Assembly: GCA_964464605.1 (NCBI GenBank)
Contig: CAYXJN010000002.1
Location: forward strand, 186,001-250,000
DNA: 64,000 nucleotides
Direction: 5' to 3'
Origin: an uncultured Ignavibacteriales bacterium
Lineage (GTDB): Bacteria > Zixibacteria > MSB-5A5 > GN15 > FEB-12
Part shown: positions 60,750-64,000 of the stretch, in pieces
How positions within the stretch are numbered: position 1 is the first letter of the stretch
Layout: the number at the start of each line of letters is the position of its first letter
Notes under the pieces: generated by a model
What the model was told of the DNA's origin: nothing
The model's input: only the letters and a program-made list of their open reading frames with translations
The model's database searches: none
Position numbers and translations under genes: made by a program

Positions 60750-61850
60750 TTAGACGATGAATTTCCCATTCCGATAGATTGTTTTCCCATCGGCAATAAT
60801 CTCACCGCCTGATTTCAGATCACAGACCATATCCCAATGCAAACCGCTCTTATTTTTTCCACCGGATTCCGGAAATCCAGCACCGACCGCCAGATGGCAG
60901 GTCCCGCCGATTTTTTCATCGAACAGCGTATTGCGGGAGAAACGTTTGATTTCATAATTAGTGCCGATAGCAACTTCGCCTAAGAATCTGGCGCCTTTGT
61001 CCATATTCAGCATCGCCGTCAAATACTCACCGTTTTTTGACGCTGATTCTTTTACTACTTTTCCGTTCTTGAAATGCAGGCTGACATTTTCGACTTCACG
61101 ACCGCCATAGACGGCCGGGAAGGAATACCGGATATGTCCTTCGGCCGAGGTTTCAATCGGGCTCGTAAAAATTTCTCCGTCCGGAAAATTTTGCTGGCCG
61201 GCACAGCTGATCCAACTGCGCCCTTTAACCCGAAGTTTCAAATCAGTGTCGTTGGAACGGATATGCAGTTGATCGATAGAATCGAGCATCTTCTTCAAAC
61301 GGGTATGCTCTTTCTCCACTTTGCGCCAATGGGCAATCGGGTCCCCTTCATGTAAATGTCCGGCGGTATAAACAAAGTCTTCATAGTTACTCAACGACAT
61401 TTCCGCTAACTGAGCATCTGCCTGTGTCGGAAACTGCGTACCGACCCAATTGAGGGTATGCTTGCCGATTCGATCGAAGATGATGTTCATATACGTCTTG
61501 CGGGCTTTTTGACGAAGCGCCTGACGCTTCGGATCGACTTTGGAAAGATACGAGGCGTTCTGCGTTCCCCAGATAACTAACAAAGCATCAATTTTCTTTG
61601 CTTCCAAAAGCGTCGTCGGAGCAACAAACTGCAGTTGCTCATCTTTGCCGTGTACCAAAAGCAGTTCCTGCATATCAGGAAATGTAACATCGAAAGTAAC
61701 GTTTGCACCGACTTTGGTCGCCTCTTCGTATGCTGCTTTCATCAGCGGATAGGTTACCATCTCTCCCGCTATTTTCAACCACTGTCCCTTTTTCAATTCA
61801 AGAGAATAGTGGATAAGTAGTTTGGCTAATTTCTGAACTCTCGGATCCAT
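60750..61850 (-). CDS. Aminopeptidase, M29 (AmpS/AmpT-like) family
   Basis: NFPDGEIFTSP, LGEVAIG, LFDEKIGGTCHLAVG, SGLHWDMV. Confidence 0.94.
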   Translation of the reverse strand: MDPRVQKLAKLLIHYSLELKKGQWLKIAGEMVTYPLMKAAYEEATKVGANVTFDVTFPDMQELLLVHGKDEQLQFVAPTTLLEAKKIDALLVIWGTQNASYLSKVDPKRQALRQKARKTYMNIIFDRIGKHTLNWVGTQFPTQADAQLAEMSLSNYEDFVYTAGHLHEGDPIAHWRKVEKEHTRLKKMLDSIDQLHIRSNDTDLKLRVKGRSWISCAGQQNFPDGEIFTSPIETSAEGHIRYSFPAVYGGREVENVSLHFKNGKVVKESASKNGEYLTAMLNMDKGARFLGEVAIGTNYEIKRFSRNTLFDEKIGGTCHLAVGAGFPESGGKNKSGLHWDMVCDLKSGGEIIADGKTIYRNGKFIV

Positions 61851-61881
61851 GTTTACCTCATATCCTCATGTTGCTAATCTT

Positions 61882-62400
61882 CTATAGAGCGCCTTCTAAA
61901 TGAAGGAGTTTCCGTTTCATTTCCTCTCCCCCGCCGTACAGTCCGATACCATCCTTACGCACGACGCGATGGCAGGGAATGACAATAGGGAGATTGTTAC
62001 AGGCATTCGCAGTTCCAACTGCTCGCATCGCCCGCGGGTGGCCGATAGCATCTGCTATATCACCATAGGTCATTGTTTTGCCGTATGGGATCTTCGCAAC
62101 ACGCAGTAATACTTTCGTATGAAAAGCGGAAGCCTGTATATCAAGCGGAAGTGAAAAACTCGTTCGCTTCCCTAAAAAGTATTCCTGAAACTGCTTTTGA
62201 GCATTCTTATTGGTTGTTCCACCCTGTTGAATATCATAATCAGGAAACAGCCGGGTGATACTGTCTGCGAAACGGGACTGGGTTTCATGCGGCAACGTTA
62301 CTATCGCTAACCCCTTGTTCGTGGCCGCCGTATGAACAGTGCCCGCCTTTGTTGTAAAGGAATGAATAAAAAGCTGCTTCGAATTTCGTTTCATAGTCAA
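61882..62400 (-). CDS. ogt: Methylated-DNA--protein-cysteine methyltransferase
   Basis: IPYG.T.TYG, RAVGTA, IPCHRV. Confidence 0.95.
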   Translation of the reverse strand: MTMKRNSKQLFIHSFTTKAGTVHTAATNKGLAIVTLPHETQSRFADSITRLFPDYDIQQGGTTNKNAQKQFQEYFLGKRTSFSLPLDIQASAFHTKVLLRVAKIPYGKTMTYGDIADAIGHPRAMRAVGTANACNNLPIVIPCHRVVRKDGIGLYGGGEEMKRKLLHLEGAL

Positions 62401-63032
62401 TTTTGTAAATGCTGCAATAAATCAGACAGATGATCGATATGAAAATCCGCTTCCGGCCGCGCATGTGCATACGGCGATGGTACCGTGACTGAACGAATAC
62501 CGGCTTTTCTGGCGGCCTGAATGTCGTTGTCGGTATCGCCGACCATCAGCGTCGAATCGGATGAGGCATTCATCCGATTCATGGTCAAATGAATCATTTC
62601 CGGGTGCGGTTTCTGGTGGGTTACTTCATCCCCGCCTACTGAAGCTGCAAACAATTCTCGCCAACCAAGCTTGTCGACAATTGCGGAGATATGAAAGGCT
62701 ATTTTGTTTGTCGCAATGCCGAGTTGGTACCCTTTCGCGTGGAGTTCACGTAGCGCGGCATCGACACCGTTTAAGGCAACAGTCGCATCGACCACTGAAG
62801 TCGTCGCATGCTTTTGAAAATGGCAGTACAATTCGGGGTAGGAAGCATCAGTGAAATCAGTGTACATCTGCTTGAGCGGATATCCGATATATGGTGTTAT
62901 TTCATTACTTGGGCGTTCTTTTTCTCCCATGCAGCGCAATGAATAATTAACTGCCTCGACGATCCCCTGCGAGGAATCGATAAGTGTGCCGTCTAAATCG
63001 AATATAATATGTCGAACCGGGCTTGAACTCAC
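62397..63032 (-). CDS. HAD-family phosphatase (phosphoglycolate phosphatase-like)
   Basis: FDLDGTLIDS, ATNK, KPHPE, MVGD...DI.AA. Confidence 0.92.
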   Translation of the reverse strand: MSSSPVRHIIFDLDGTLIDSSQGIVEAVNYSLRCMGEKERPSNEITPYIGYPLKQMYTDFTDASYPELYCHFQKHATTSVVDATVALNGVDAALRELHAKGYQLGIATNKIAFHISAIVDKLGWRELFAASVGGDEVTHQKPHPEMIHLTMNRMNASSDSTLMVGDTDNDIQAARKAGIRSVTVPSPYAHARPEADFHIDHLSDLLQHLQN

Positions 63033-63805
63033 AACAACCTTCGTACCTTCCCAAACGGAGCATCAAGCGGAATCTGCAATACCGTATCGATACCGCCTGT
63101 TTTCATCACCGCGACTAACATAGCGTACTTCCCGACCTTGGTCAACGGCCAGTCCCCGCCCGTCATTCGGCTCCCTTTTTCCGTCAAGAGGTCAGGAGTA
63201 CCGTCCACCACCACAATACCGCTTTGGATTTCGACATCCTCCCCGGGCATACCGACAACCAGACCGGTGTGAGCGTTACCGTCGGTATCTTCGACGCGGA
63301 TGATATCAAACCGTTCGGGCAGAGCGTGAAGGATTACTTTTTGAAAGGCGAGAAAGCGTACCTGAAAACTAAGATTGTCCGATATAAGCACCGCTCCCTT
63401 GGTTAACTCAGGCGCCAAACCGGTTGATTCCATGCGGTAAATATCCGGACGGTTAATAATGAGAAAATTCCCTAAAGCAACTGGCGCCAAAAGCTGATAC
63501 GTGATACCGGCAATAACAAAGAATCGAAATCCGTTTATCGGCGATCTCTTTTTGGCGGATTCACTTTTGATATTTTTATAAAGATCGACGAATGAAAACA
63601 GATAGAAAAAAAGCGGCAGACCGAACATCACCAACCGCGCCAAACCGGGAAGCGACAAAAAAAAGGATGCGGCAAAGAGTAACGCCGCCAGAAGCATGAC
63701 AAGAAAGACAAACGCGCCGAAAAGCCGTTCCCGAATATAGAAATGCCCCATCCCCGGCAGCAGTAACTGCAATAAAGCCGGCTTCCAGAACGGTTCGTTA
63801 ATCAT
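63029..63805 (-). CDS. Membrane protein with degenerate signal peptidase I (S26) domain
   Basis: N-terminal PGMGHFY TM region; ERFDII, VVGMPGEDVEI..G.V.VDG, GKV S26-like boxes; catalytic Ser/Lys absent. Confidence 0.7.
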   Translation of the reverse strand: MINEPFWKPALLQLLLPGMGHFYIRERLFGAFVFLVMLLAALLFAASFFLSLPGLARLVMFGLPLFFYLFSFVDLYKNIKSESAKKRSPINGFRFFVIAGITYQLLAPVALGNFLIINRPDIYRMESTGLAPELTKGAVLISDNLSFQVRFLAFQKVILHALPERFDIIRVEDTDGNAHTGLVVGMPGEDVEIQSGIVVVDGTPDLLTEKGSRMTGGDWPLTKVGKYAMLVAVMKTGGIDTVLQIPLDAPFGKVRRLL

Positions 63806-64000
63806 CAGATTGCCTGCGTTCGTAATAGCTGTTCAACATTCATACAGAATGTACGCATTCCCATACGGAATAAAAACAGTAAGCCGATACAAGACCATAA
63901 CTTAAAGTTGCCATACTGATATAGTGTACGGTTTGCCGGAAAACAAAGTTGCATGATGAATTGAGATCGCACAGATAACTCACTATCGGCTATGGCATTA

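Overview
Bacterial chromosomal window (~50% GC), almost entirely transcribed on the minus strand. Positions 1-27 kb are the core translation/transcription supercluster: spc and S10 operons, str operon (rpsL-rpsG-fusA-tuf), rpoBC, rplKAJL, nusG-secE-tRNA-Trp-rpmG, a second near-identical tuf, tRNA-Thr and tRNA-Gly. Positions 27-48 kb hold housekeeping genes (nadK, dxs, ispA, xseAB, uvrC, NlpC/P60, a UbiA-family prenyltransferase, cdsA, uppS, frr, pyrH, tsf, rpsB, rpsI, rplM, a MIP channel, SprT, mtnA, acyl-CoA synthetase). Positions 48.6-58 kb are a type IV pilus locus (minor pilin, pilMNOPQ, Ig-like lipoprotein). The window ends with a secreted S8 protease carrying PKD, cohesin-like and dockerin-like modules, an M29 aminopeptidase, ogt, a HAD phosphatase and a signal peptidase I homologue. 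The dockerin-like YLF-x-GGP-x-P tail suggests candidate phylum Zixibacteria or an FCB-related lineage (inference only). The most unusual element is the pilus machine. Its PilP is not a lipoprotein but an 824-aa protein with signal peptide, AMIN domain, ~550-aa Ser/Thr-rich tether and C-terminal PilP domain, next to an AMIN-less short PilQ. The locus is also enriched in sigma28-type GCCGATA promoter boxes and has a sigma54 promoter with a candidate palindromic enhancer. Other points of interest: a catalytically dead LepB homologue, a UbiA prenyltransferase coupled to uppS-cdsA, a TIP-like aquaporin filter, several leaderless-mRNA candidates and a structured fusA leader. No CRISPR array, rRNA gene or mobile element was seen.
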